From the NCBI RefSeq assembly GCF_963921235.1, contig NC_086108.1, positions 103,604,001 to 103,668,000 on the forward strand: a stretch of DNA of 64,000 bases, given 5' to 3'. Positions 25,336-39,018 of the stretch are shown piece after piece. The stretch comes from Mobula hypostoma (lineage: Eukaryota). The notes beneath the pieces are model-generated. The model did no database searches, was not told the DNA's origin, and saw only the letters and a list, made by a program, of their open reading frames with translations. Position 1 is the first letter of the stretch. Each line of letters opens with the position of its first letter. The position numbers and the translations under genes are program-made.

Positions 25336-25508
25336 CTCTTAATGTATTCCATGACATATGCAATCCAACCTTGTGGCGCGTAGGCCTCACCACATGACCC
25401 TGCTTTCACCAACGACATCTGGTGACTTGAGGAATGAAGCCTGGCCAAGTCTTCCTTACCCGGGATAGGCAGGGAGAGATCTTGAAATGTCTCCAAGGTG
25501 GTGGACAC
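25336..25508 (-). CDS. USP33: USP33 exon ([29 protein letters not shown]...[21 protein letters not shown])
   Basis: Acceptor ccatag|GTG, donor AG|gtacac, 173 nt. [14 protein letters not shown] is USP33-type. Confidence 0.96.
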
Positions 25509-26336
25509 CTATGGACAAATGCACAGGCAAAAGCAATATAGATAAATACATAAGTTAATAATGTAATTACTGATTAAGAGAAAATACAAGTTAAAATGAT
25601 AGCATGTTAGCAATAATGCAAGATCACAAGACATAGGAGCAGAATTAGGCCATTCGGCCCATTGGGTCAGCTCTGACATTCTATCATGGCTTATTTTCCA
25701 TTTCAACCCCATTTTTTATTTTAGAGATATAGCACAGTAACTAGTCCATAAGCCTGCATCGCCTAATTACACTCGTGACTGATTAACCTATTCACCCGTA
25801 CGTCCTTGGAACACGGCAGAAAACCGGAGCACCCGGCGAAAATCCATGCTGTCCTGCGGAGAACATACACACTCCTGACAGACAATAGCCCAAAATGAAC
25901 CTACGCTGCTTGTGCAGTAATTCAAGTTCAGGTTTGTTGAATTGTCATTTACCCGTACATGGATATAGCCAAACAAAACACTGCTCCTCCAGGGTCAAGG
26001 TGCAGAACACATTACCAACAGCACACAGCACGTTGCACATATGGTTACAATTTCACAAAGAGGGAAAATAAGTAATATAGCACAAGTCCCTATGTGGCAT
26101 GACTAGATTGATGGCAAGTTGTTCTGGTCTAGCTTGTTCTTCCACTAGGCAAACACTGGAGGACAGCACTGAGCAAACACTGGAGAGCAACACCACCTTG
26201 GCGTCTCCTCCCCTGGGCAACTGCCACAGGGACACCGCAGCCTCGGCCTGGGCCTAGCCCTCACTACAACTGAGACAACACAGCTCCCTGCCATTGGTCA
26301 TGCCAATGAACCAGTGAACTAGACTTGCAGTATTCT

Positions 26337-28020
26337 TCTTCTTCGGTTGTCCATCGAAATCCGATGACGACATCCACTCCTTTAACGGTGAGATCTTTGA
26401 TGACCATATAGTCCTATCCTGGACCCACAGGCTCTATTGCAGGTGGGACATATGTACGTGGTAGTGGTGGCAACCTTGGCTGCATTTCTCCTGGCTCTCT
26501 TCTGCTGTCTTCTGGTTGTTCTTTCCATCTCCAGAATACGAACCCCATCCCTACACAGCTGACGCCAACTGGTACGGTCAGCAGCAACATCCTCCAGGTC
26601 CTCGGGTCTAATCTTGCACTTCCTTAAAGCATTCTTCATCTGATCCTTATAGCGCTTCTTCAGCCTTTCAGCTGAGCGTCGACCATGATGTAGCTGACCG
26701 TATAACACACTGCGGGGTAGCCGACATGGGAGCATCCTTATCACGTGCCCCAGCCACTGCGGCTGACGCTGGGTGATCATGGCTTCAATACTCCTGCGGT
26801 TGATCTTTACAAGTATTTCAGTGTGAGGCACCAGGTCACGCCTGGTAATTCCCAGGATGCGCTGGAGGCAGCTTATGTGGAAGTGCTGCAAGGACTTGAT
26901 GAGACGGCTGTAGGTTAGCCAAGCTTCACAGCTATAACGGAGGCTGGTGACACAGATCACTTGAGGCAGCCGATGCCTGTTTAATGGGCTCTGGATGTCG
27001 TTGTCAATGCCGCTATCCTCAGAGAGAATGCTCCCCAGATATTTGAAAGATAGCACTACTGACAGCTTTTCATCACCAACAGTGAAGGCAGGTAGAGTGG
27101 GTGGGACACTGGTACTCCATTGGCAAACCACTTCTGTCTTGGTGGTATTGACAGTCAGCCCCATCCTGCTGTACACTGTCATCGCCACAGTAAGGACAGT
27201 TTGAAGATCCTCCGGAGTATGGGCCACAAGAGCACAGTCGTCTGCATGCTGCAGCTCCAGGACCCGCTCTCTACGGAGTTTGGTGGTTGCGCAGAGCCTC
27301 CTGATGTCAAAGATGTTGCCATCTAATCTGACGTCCACTGCCACACCACTGCTGTCTTCAGTCTCATTGTGAAGAAGCTTGGTAACACACAAGAGAAAGA
27401 TGTTAAAGAGCACTGGTGCCAGCTCACACCCCTGCCTCACCCCTGTGCGTAAAAGGAAGGGCTTGGATTCTTGTCCTCCTATGGTCACTCGAGCAGTTAT
27501 CCCATCGTGGAACTGGCGGAGGATGTTAACAAACTTATTGGGACAGCCAAACCTGAGGAGGACGTTCCATAAGAGCTCACTTTGCACAGTGTTGACTGCT
27601 TTGGAGAGGTTGACAAAGGCCATAAACAGGTCTGTTGAGACAAGGCTAAGGGAGCACACCTTGACAGAAAAGCAATGCACAATAGGCAGGCCTTAACAGA
27701 CCAAGGACCCGGCAGCCTCCTGCAGCCAAGATGTGGGACTGGTTGTCCTGGGACCACCCTTGCCACCTGGATTTACCTCATCATGGTGAAGATAGTGCTA
27801 CAGGGGATGGCGCACCCCCTGTAGCACTTTAAAAACTTCCTTGCGCAGGTCTCCACCTCTGACCGCGGTGAACAATATCTGGACCTTACATATGGTTGAA
27901 GTCTGACAGCGATGGGGCGTCTGGCAACGGAAGCAGGTACGAATGTACTGGGAGCTCCTAGTCAGAACCCTGCACGGCAGCGGCACAAGGTATTTGGTCG
28001 CTAGCAGCTGGGACTGAGTG
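26337..28020 (-). mobile_element. RTE-clade LINE, internally deleted
   Basis: ORF 26382-27680 has GVRQGCELAPVLFNIF, ELQHADD, WLGHVIRM and a C-terminal CPTC...HQRSH finger. (GAA)n tail. TSD AGTATTCT at 26329-26336 and 28021-28028. Confidence 0.9.
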
Positions 28021-29397
28021 AGTATTCTACGATACCAATGTCCAACAGAATTTTGTGATCACAATAAAAATGTCCAAGGTTATCACTGCAACTTCTCAGC
28101 ACAATGGTATGCAACAAGTACAGGTGACAAAACAACAACAGTAGGCAATAAGTCTAGTTCCATTGTTATCGAGTTATTGCTGATGGAATAGTCCTGCAGT
28201 ACTTGATTTTATTAGTATCCAGCAGTGACTTGCGATCATAAAAAAGACTTGCAAGATGAACAAAAGCACCTTTGATTAGACCTTGAGTGGCCGCTGCATC
28301 TGAGCGCACCGCCCTTACTAGTGGTTGCGCAACACTATTACAGCCAAGGGCATCAGAGTTCAGATCTGGCATCTTCTGTAAGGAGTTTCTACGTTCTTCC
28401 CATGAACACATGGGTTTCCACTGGGTATTCTGGTTTGCCCCCACAGTCCGAAGACAAACTGGTCAGTAGGTTAACTGGTCATTGTTAATTACTCTTTGAT
28501 GAGGCTAGGGTTAAACAGGTGAATTGCTGGGCCGGTAGGGTCTGTTCTGCGCTGTATCTCTAAATAAATAAATAGTCAAGAACCTATCAAACTCCACTTT
28601 AAATATACCCCATGACAGCTGTCTGTGGCAAAGAATTCCCACCCTCTGGCTAAAGATATTCCTCCACATCTGTTCGACAGAGACGTCCTTCTATTCTGAG
28701 GCTGAGTCCTCTGGTTCTAAACTCCCCACCTATAGGAAACATCCTCACTATGTCTACTCTGTCTAGGCCCTTCAGTATTTGGTGGGTTTCAATGATATCT
28801 CCCTCATTCTTCTAAACTTTGCGAGTACAGGCCCAGAGCCATCAAATACCACTCATAAGTTAACCTTTCATTCCCGGGATCATTCTCATGAACCTCCTCT
28901 GGACCCTCTCCAATGCCAGCAATATGGCTCAAAGGGGAGAGTTACTGTACTTTTAGGGGACAATCTAAATTACAGGGAGAAGAAAGGATGAGGGTAACTG
29001 AGACATTGACAACTTAACTTGCTAAATACTAATGCAAAGGGGAACTGCTGATGGATAGCATTCATACTCTGTTATCAAGTTGGTAATTCCAGGGTTTTTA
29101 CAAGGGCTGGTTTTTCCCTACACACAATATACAGCTCCTTCTGCATTTAATACTCATAGAAGTACGACACAAAAACATGCCCTTTGGCCCATCTAGTCCA
29201 TGCCAAAACCATTTAAACTGCCTACTCCCATCAACCTGCACCAGGACCATAGCTCTCCATACCCCTATTATCCATGAACCTATTCAAACTTTGCTTAAAC
29301 AATGAAATTGAGCTTGCATGCACCACTTATGCTGGCAGCTCATTCCACACTCTCACGACCCTCTGAGCGAACAAATTACCAAAAATACATGGACCTT

Positions 29398-29622
29398 TAG
29401 CCGGTCGGTGGCGTAGTGGCATCAGCGCTGGACTTCGGAGCGAAGGCTCCCGAGTTCGAACCCAGCCAACTCCCCAGGCACGCTTTCCAACTGTGCTGGG
29501 TTGAGCGTCGAGCTAGCAACTCGACCTCATAAAAAAGAAATTGCCTGCTACAGAAACATCAACAGCAAAAGCTGATGGCCGATGCTCTCTCGTGAGTTTA
29601 AAAGGCAATTTCCTTTTTTTTT
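29398..29622 (+). mobile_element. Young tRNA-derived SINE
   Basis: A box TGGCGTAGTGG, B box GTTCGAACC, T-rich tail. TSD tacatg(g/a)acctt at 29386-29397 and 29623-29634. Confidence 0.82.
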
Positions 29623-29659
29623 TACATGAACCTTGGGTTTAAAAAAGATCTAACGAACA

Positions 29660-31110
29660 GTAAAGTTCAAAGTAAAATTTCTTAAATACATGTCACCACC
29701 TTGAGTTTCTTTTTTTTGGGCATACTTAGCAGATCTATAGAACAGTAACTGTAAATTATAAACATCAGGAACTATTAACTGTAAACAAACTGTGCAAATG
29801 CAAATATAAATAAACAGCAATAAATAATGAGCATGAAATAATAATACAAATTAAATGAGTGTGGTTATCCCCTTTTGTTCAAGAGCCTGATGGTTGAGAG
29901 CTAGTAACTGCTCTCGAACCTGGTGGTGCAAGTCCAGAGGCTCTTGTGCCTTCTACCTGATGGCAGCAGCGAACAAAGAGCATTGCCTGGGTGGTGAGGA
30001 TCTTTGATGATGGATGCTGCTTTTCTACAGCAATGTTTCATGTAGATGTGCTCAATGGTTGGGAGGGTTTTATCTGCAATGTATTGAGCTGAATCCACTA
30101 CCTTTTGTAGGAGTTTCCGCTCCAAGACATTGGTGCTCCCATACCAGGCCGTAATGCTGTCAGTCAGCACACTTTCCACCACACATCTACAGAAATTTTC
30201 CAAGGTTTTCAATGACATACTGAATCTCTGCAGACTTCTGAGGAAGTTGAAGCGCTTTTGTGCTTTCTTCACAATAATATTTATATGATGGGCCCAGGAC
30301 AGGTCCTCTGAGATAGTGACACCCAGGAATTCGAAGTTACTGACCCTCTCCACCTCCAATCCTCCAATGGTAACTGGCTAATGGACCTTTGGTTTCCTTG
30401 GTCTTGTTGACATTGAGTGAGAGGGTGTTATTGCAGCACTCAGTGAAGTTCTCAATCTCCCTCCTTTGATTCAGCCCACAACAAACTTATATCTAGTGTT
30501 GGAGCTGACCTTAGCAACACAGTCACAGGTGTAAAATGAGTAAAGCAAGGGGCTAAGTACAAATCCCTGAGGTGCACCTGTGCTGATGGAAATTGGAGAG
30601 GAGATGTTGTTGCCATTCGAGACTGACTGGGGTCTACAAGTGACAAAATCCAGGATCCAATTTCACAAGGGGGTATTGAGGCCCGGGTCTTGGAATTTAC
30701 TGGTTAGCTTAGAGGGGATGACGGTGTTAAATGCTGAGCTGTAATCGATAAAGATTCTGATGTATGCGCCTTTACTGTCCAGATGTTCCAGGGTTGTGTG
30801 AAAGCCAATGAGATAACATCTGCTGTAGTGCAAGTGCTTCAGTAGGTGAATTGGAGCGGATCAAAGTTGCCATCCAGACAGAAGTTGGTACGTTACAACA
30901 CCAGCCTCTCAAAACACTTCATCACTGTGGAAGCAAGTGCCACTGGACGATAGTCATTTAGACAGGTTACCATGCTCTTCTTGAGCACCAATATGATTGA
31001 AGCCAGCTTGAAGCAGGTGGGTACCACGTACTGCTGGAGCGAGAGGTTGAAGATATCCATGAATACACCAGACAGTTGGTCCGCACAACTCTTAAGTACT
31101 TGGCCAAGTA
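29660..31110 (-). mobile_element. Rex1/Babar LINE 3' portion
   Basis: FLGVTISEDLSW, KKAQKRFNFLR, SITAWYG, KAASIIKDPHHPG (ORF 29901-30359). Confidence 0.88.
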
Positions 31111-31657
31111 TTCCATGCAGTATGTAAAATAATTACCAATAAAATTACCCTGGGGATTCTTTTTTCTGCAGCAAGCAAAAGAATGATTAGCTTGAGCAAT
31201 CAATCACTTTAGTGTGACAAGCAATGCCAGTATCAGTGTCAAACAATTCTAGAGTCAAAGAATCCCAGGGGCCACTGACTTGTATAACCAAAGAAAAAAT
31301 GGCTCGAGTCACTCAGCACTTTAGTTGCAAGGGTGTTGCAAGGGTGCATCAAAAAATCAAATTTACAAAAGTTAGCGAAAAGAAAACTGGCAATATTTTT
31401 AAATAGTTATCTACCAGACAACACCAAATAGCTTCATACTTTGTACAGTGTGAACTCCTAGCACCCCCGATCTCTCTCACACTGAGAGCGAAGAGTCCCA
31501 CCTATTAAGCAACAGGACATACTATCTTTAATTACCCACAAAGTTAACTTAAGACTACACATGAGCTAAAATATGATGCACCCCACTATGTAGTTCCAAG
31601 CATATTACAAAATAAACAGAAGTATCTACCTTAAATACAGTACACAAAGAACATATA

Positions 31658-32507
<850 letters not shown>

Positions 32508-32595
32508 CTCGGTTTAGAACTCATTATGAGAATATACTGGGGAAGACGTATGAAGTGCGTACACTCAACGCAATGACAGCAGAATGATGAGGCGA

Positions 32596-32627
<32 letters not shown>

Positions 32628-32636
32628 TGTGTGTGT
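32596..32636. repeat. (TG)n microsatellite
   Basis: About 20 TG units with one TA interruption. Confidence 0.95.
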
Positions 32637-34169
32637 ATAAGGAGTGTGCTTACCGAGTGCTCTCAGTCACATACTCTCATAGAAACCAGCATTTCTGCTG
32701 AGTCCATGCCTGCTTGGAAACCTGCACCCTGCACAAAAGAACTATTTACATAATGCATCAAATCCCTCAAGGTACCTAATCCCACAGTGCATTATTATAT
32801 GCCTTGCACAGATGTCCTTGGATCACACTAACAGGATATCTTCAGCCTAAGTTTACAATTACTGCCGTAGAGTTAAAATACATCAATCATCATTCTCATC
32901 ATGAAAGAAATGATCAGTCATAAATAGTAGACAAAGGTCACTTGCAATTTTGAGAATCAAAGCGGTTTGGCCGAGCATAAACCAGATTAATCTTTGCACT
33001 CGGATTTCCTCTGTCCCAGCCAGCTATTTAGATATTAACTCTGCCTGGCCAAGTACAAAAAATGATTTAGTGAAATAAATTAAAATGAATCTTATTTAAA
33101 ATTAATGTTAACAAAACAGATGCAATTGCTTTTTCTATTAACACATCAAAAGAGGATAACCACAAGCAATTGACACTTCCATACTTCTATAGAATAAAGG
33201 CTTCTATAGAATAAATATATTTACTGTGCAGGGAATTAAAGATTGCAAGAACAAAGACACCCCCTATTATTTCTTACAGCTGTCCGGAGATTAAATGACT
33301 AATTTTAAATCAAGCACCCCTATAGTAGGGGTGGCTGCCATAAACAATTCATACTGAGATCAAAATAGCTGTAAGCTGTAAAAATACTTTTAATTCCATA
33401 TTAAATAAGTAACTTATTTATTTAGAGTTGATATTCAAAATTAAAGATGTATGACAAGAGCTAAACAAATTAATGGTCAGGTTAGTTCAGTTCAGAATCA
33501 CTGACGTCATGAAATCTGTCATTATGTTGCAGCAGTACAGTGCAATATAATGCATAATATACACTATAAAATGCAATAATATATAAATAAATAGTACAAA
33601 AATAGCGAGGCAGTGTTAATAGATTCATGGACCATTCAGAAATCTGACGGAGGAGGGAACGAGGCTATTCTAAAACACTGAGTGTCGATCTTCAGACTTG
33701 CGTACCTCCTTCCTGAATGTTAGCAATGAGAAGGCACATCCTGGTTGGTGGGGGTCCTTAATAAAGGGGTACTTTTTGAGGCATTGACTTTTAAAGATGT
33801 TTTAATATCCTATCGAGTTTTGGTACTCTTGAAACGCAGGGAAAGCAGGTAGCAATTAAGCCCTTGATTGTTCTGCCACTTAAAGCTGATCTGTATCCGG
33901 ACATCATTCAGTCACCTTTTGATCTACAGCATATTCATTGATAGTACTGTGCAATAAGTATTTATTCACCTCAATGCTGAACATCTTAATTGAACTCCAG
34001 CACTCCTAATCTTTTGATGAAGAAAAGAATTCAAAACATCCACTACTCAACTGCACAAATAAGGCTCCATAATTTAATCCTAAAATAGCTTGGATTTAAT
34101 TTAATGTTCTTCCCCTGTTTTCTGGATTTCCCCATCAGTAGATGTATTTTTGTAACTCTTGCTCTGCAT

Positions 34170-34552
34170 GAGACCATCAGACATAGGAGCAGAATTAAGC
34201 CATTTGGCCACTGGATCTGCTCTGCCATTCTATTATGGCTGATTTACTATCCCTCTCAACCCCATTCTCCTGCCTTCTCCCCATAACTTTCGACACCCTC
34301 ACTAATCAAGAACTTATCAACCTCTGCTTTAAATATACCCAATGGTTTGGCCTCCGTAGCCATCCTTGGCAATGAATTCCACAGATTTACCACCCTCTGG
34401 CTAAAGAAATCCCTCCTCATCTCTGCTCTAAAGGGTTGCCCGTCTATTCTGAGGCTGTGCCCTCTGGTCCTAGACTCTTCCACTATTGGAAACATCCTCT
34501 CCATGTTCACTTCATCCAAGCCTTTCAATATTCAATAGGTTTCAATGAGATC
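34170..34552 (-). mobile_element. CR1 3' end fragment
   Basis: SRTRGHSLRI, FFSQRVVNLWNSLP and the CR1 3' UTR. Confidence 0.85.
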
Positions 34553-35324
34553 ATCTTTTTACACTAACAGTGGCGACTGGACTACACCGAGCTCAACGGA
34601 ATTGAAGGCAATTTTTATGTAACCTAAAAGCATTTAACCCTTTAAGATCTTGCACTAATTCTGAAGAATCTGTACTATATCACCTCTAAGGCCAATGCAT
34701 TGTGTTGTCTAAAAACTGACAACAATTGGAAGAGTGTCAAGGCCATAAAGTGGATGCAGATGAAATCCACCGCAAAGATATTAGGATTGAGAAACCTTAG
34801 TTAGCAGAAATTCTCATTAGCAAAAGCTCATCAATAGAGTTATTGAGTTGAACAGCATAGATACAGGCCATATAGCCTAACTTGCCCACTGCAACCAGTA
34901 AACACCCTGCCATATTAAATCCATCTCTCAGCACTTCATTAACAACTCTCTACACCTCAGCAATCTAAGTGTTTATCTGCATACTTCTTAAATGCTCTAC
35001 TTCAACCACTTTCTCAAGGAGTGCATTCCATGTACTTGTCACTCTCTGGGAGAAGGTGTCCCTGACATATTTACCCAAAATCCATGTTGTCTAGTTTAGT
35101 CTACTTCTGACATAGGGAAAAGGATCCAACAGTCCACACCATCTATAACCCTCACGACTTGATATACTGCCGTCAATGTCCGCTCTTAATTTCCTTTGCT
35201 TCAACCAGAACTATCATAGTCACCAGTCTCTCTCTATCCCAGGCAACATCCTGGTAAATATCCACTCCACCCTCTCCGGAGCCATCACATCCTCCCTGCA
35301 GCACAGTGACCAGAACTGTGCACA

Positions 35325-35930
35325 AACCATAGGAGCAGAATTCAGCCCATTGAGCCTGCATCACCATTCCATCATGACTAATTTATTACCCTTCTCAACT
35401 TCATTCTCCTGCCTTCTCTCTGCAATGTTTGATGTCCCTACTAATTAAGAACCTATCAATATCCGGTTTAAATATACCTAGTGACTTGGTCTCCACAACC
35501 ACCTGTGGCAATGAATTACACAGATTCACCATCTCTGGATGAAGAAATTCCTCCTTATCTCTGTTATAAATGGACATCCTTCTAATCTGAGGCTGTGCCC
35601 TCTGGTCCAGACTCTCAAAGTATTGAAAACATTCTCACTATGTCCACTCTATCCAGTCCTTTCAAAATCCGGTAGGTTTCAACGAAATCCTGCCTCATTT
35701 TTCTAAACCCCAGGAGTAAAGGCCCAGAGCCGTCAAAATCTCCTCATAAGATAAACCTTTTATTCCCTGCATTTTTCTCATGAACGTGCTCTGGATGCTC
35801 TCCAATGCCAGCACATCCTTCCCTAGATAAGAGGCCCAAAACTGCTCATAATACTCCATATGAGCAATGCCTTATAGAGTTTCAGCATTAAATCCTTGTT
35901 TTATATTCTAGCCCTCTTGAAATGTGTGCA
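35325..35930 (-). mobile_element. CR1 3' fragment (degenerate)
   Basis: Same 3' UTR and ORF2 C-terminus as 34170-34552. Confidence 0.75.
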
Positions 35931-36666
35931 GCTGAGGTCTGACAAAGTTTCCATGTTGGAGCATAACCTCCCTAGTTCCTCATCCAATGCCCCCTCCAAC
36001 GAAGGCCAGTATCCCTTATGCCTTCCTGGCCATGTTGTCTACCTATGGACTTGTTCTTAAAGATCCTTTTGTTCCTCAGTGTTCCCCAAGACTCAAATGT
36101 GGTGTATGTCATAGTCTGACTAGTGCTACCAAAATAAATCAATAAAGTAGCAAAGGCAAAATATAAAGATTCCCAAAGAGTATGAAAGGTATTAAAAGTA
36201 TAACCATACCCAAGGGTCTCTTGGAGCTCTTCTTTAAACAGAGTCATACACATAAAATGCTGGAGGAACTCAGCAAGTCAGGCAGCATCTACACAGAGGA
36301 ATAAATCATTGACGTTTTGGGCCAAGACCTTTCATCAGGATTGGAAAGGGTCCAAGTGCCTTTCCAGTCCTAATAAAGGACTGTTTATTACTTTCCATAG
36401 ATGCTGCCTGACCTGGTGAGTTTCTCCAGCATTTAGTGTGTGTTACTCTGGATTTCCAGCATCTGCAGAATCTTGCGTTTCTATTTCAAGCATTTCCATT
36501 TTCAACAGCAACATACAAGGTGCAATTGTCCCTACTTCACATTCTCAAATATGCAGACATAGTATCTTTTAATTTCAATAGAATAAAAGATGGAGGAGAA
36601 TGCAAGTCTCTACCCTGAATAGTCTACAAAAATATATACGCTGGTTAAAACAAAATGCACACTTAC

Positions 36667-36779
36667 CCGATCACAGGTTAGACACTGCACAGAGCTCACA
36701 ATTGTACCATCGAAGACGTCGGAGATAACGCTCTTGTACTTCGCTTGTTTTCTCTTTTTCAGTGGTGTAAAAGAGGCAA
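36667..36779 (-). CDS. USP33: USP33 exon ([38 protein letters not shown])
   Basis: Acceptor cttaag, donor CGG|gtaagt, 113 nt, phase 1/0. Contains the conserved SVISDxFDG...QCLTCDR motif. Confidence 0.95.
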
Positions 36780-39018
36780 CTTAAGTAGAGACAAAATGAA
36801 AAGAATTTTACTGGGAAGGAATTTTTAAATTAAAATGTTATGAACTTGTCACACTAATGAAGAAACACCAGGTTTTAATTGATTGGGTAAAAGAGGAAGT
36901 AGGAGATATTTGGCACCTGGGCTCCAAATGTGACAGAAAAGAAGAAAAAGGAAATTCCCAATGATTCCATGAAAATAACTTGAACAGCACCAATTCCATT
37001 CCAGTCCCCAAAAAAAATTCAGGAAGTTAAAAAAAAATTGAGTACTTTGTTCATTTTGCACTAAAATTGACATTTTTTTTCTAATTGTGAGCTTTCCTGT
37101 GAAAATGTTGTTTTAACTATAAATTTATGTTTTTCTTGAAAATGCTGCTTTTCTGAAACTACTTCCCCATGATGCTCTGGTAAAGATGGTGCTGGCGAAA
37201 CATGGCAACACTATATAGGCAGCAAACAAAACTAATAATTACACTTTTTCTGGATTATGGTCACTGCATTCCACATCCTGTAATTTCCCTTTGGGAGTCG
37301 TGCTTTTGAACCATCTGATGATGGATTCAGCAAAAGGGACCCTTGAAAATGCAGGTGCTGACACTTCGACCACAGCTGGAGCTTACTTGGGGCCAGATTG
37401 AAGCAGCGGGGTCTGGGTCTGAAAGCAAAAAAATGAACCAACGTTTGGCCGATTTAGACACCAAGCCAGATTAAAAAGATCAAGGCATCAAAGCCAAAGG
37501 CAAAGGACAAAGTGGTGTTCAGCTCACTACTCCACGAGGTTTACTCGATTCAGGGCTTAACTAACTCTGCAACTGTGGCCTGCAACCGTCAGCATTTGCC
37601 CCAGCATGAACTGGCTCTGTGGCTATGGACGCACTTTTGGTGACTGTGGTTAATGCTCTAGGTGTTATTTGTTTATTATTGTTTGCACACGCGTGCTTGA
37701 CAATTATTTAAAAATAGGTTCTATTTTCTTTTTTCGTTTTGTAGATGCCTGCAAGAAGATGAATCTGAAGGTTGTATATAGTATACATACTTTGATAATG
37801 TATTTCAACTTTAATGTTGCTGCGTGTTACTCACTGCATCTGTGCACACATGCACTTGTGCAAATGACAATAAACATGACTGGACTCAAATCTCATGCAG
37901 AGTTAGGAGTCCAAACTGGAAAGTGAAAATTGTCAAAGTCAAAGTAAATTTATTATCAAAGTGTGAATATGTTACCGTATACTACCCTGAGATACATTTT
38001 CTTGCAGGCATTCAGGGTAGAACATAGAAATACAATATAATCAATGAAAAAGTACACACAAAGATTGACAAGCAACCAATGAGCATAAGAAGATAAACTG
38101 TGCAAATAGAAAAAAAACACATAAATAATATATAAACAATACTGAGAACGTGAGCTGTAGAATCCTTGAAAGTGAGTCTGTAGGTTGTGGAATCACTTCA
38201 TAGTTGAGGCTAATGACTTTCCCTAAAGCTTGGTGGTATAGGGCCGAAGACCAACTTCCCAATGGTAGCACTGAGAAGAGTGTATGGTCTGGATGGTGAG
38301 CTCTTGCTGACGAATGGTGGAATTCTGAAAGGAACTTAGTGGTTTGGCAGTATTTGTGGGAAGGAATGAACAGTCAAGACCTCGCTGGACTGAAAATTGC
38401 GGGGGAAAGCGCTGTTATGAGCAGAGTAATAAGAGTTCAGCTATGTAGTCAAACTGCATCCAGGATTGCAGATGTTGATATGCACTGGCAAAATTAATTA
38501 AATACATTTTCCATTAGTATAGAGTACAATATTTCACAGAGAGTTAACTGAAAGTCAGTTGAAATTGATATGGGGGGAGGGGTGCCTGGTGGTGTACTGC
38601 TCTCCTTGTGTGTGAAGTAGAAAGTATACAATTCAGCAGTAAGCCAAACTCCGCTCAACTGAACATGTGAGTCAGGATCTAGCGACCAAGCACCAAATGC
38701 TTTATTTGGGCAGCACTCACAATTGAGTAAGAGCAAAAAGATGATGATTTCGATGGCACAAAGACAGACAGAGGCATTGATCGTGTGAGTAGTCAGAGGC
38801 TTTTTCCCCAGGACTGAAATGGCTAGCACAAAAGGGCATAGTTTTTAAGGTGCTTGGAAGTAGGTATAGATGAGATGTCAGGGGTAATGGGCTGCCGGTG
38901 GCGGCGGTGGAGGCGGAAACGATAGGCTCTTTTAAGACAATCCTGGATAGGTACATGGAGCTTAGAAAAATAGAGGGCTATGGGTGAGCCTAGGTAGTTC
39001 TAAGGTAAGGACATGTTC

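Noticed and set aside
29400..29470. Functional tRNA gene
   Set aside because: It has A and B boxes but no convincing acceptor stem, and it continues into a SINE body with a tail and TSD.
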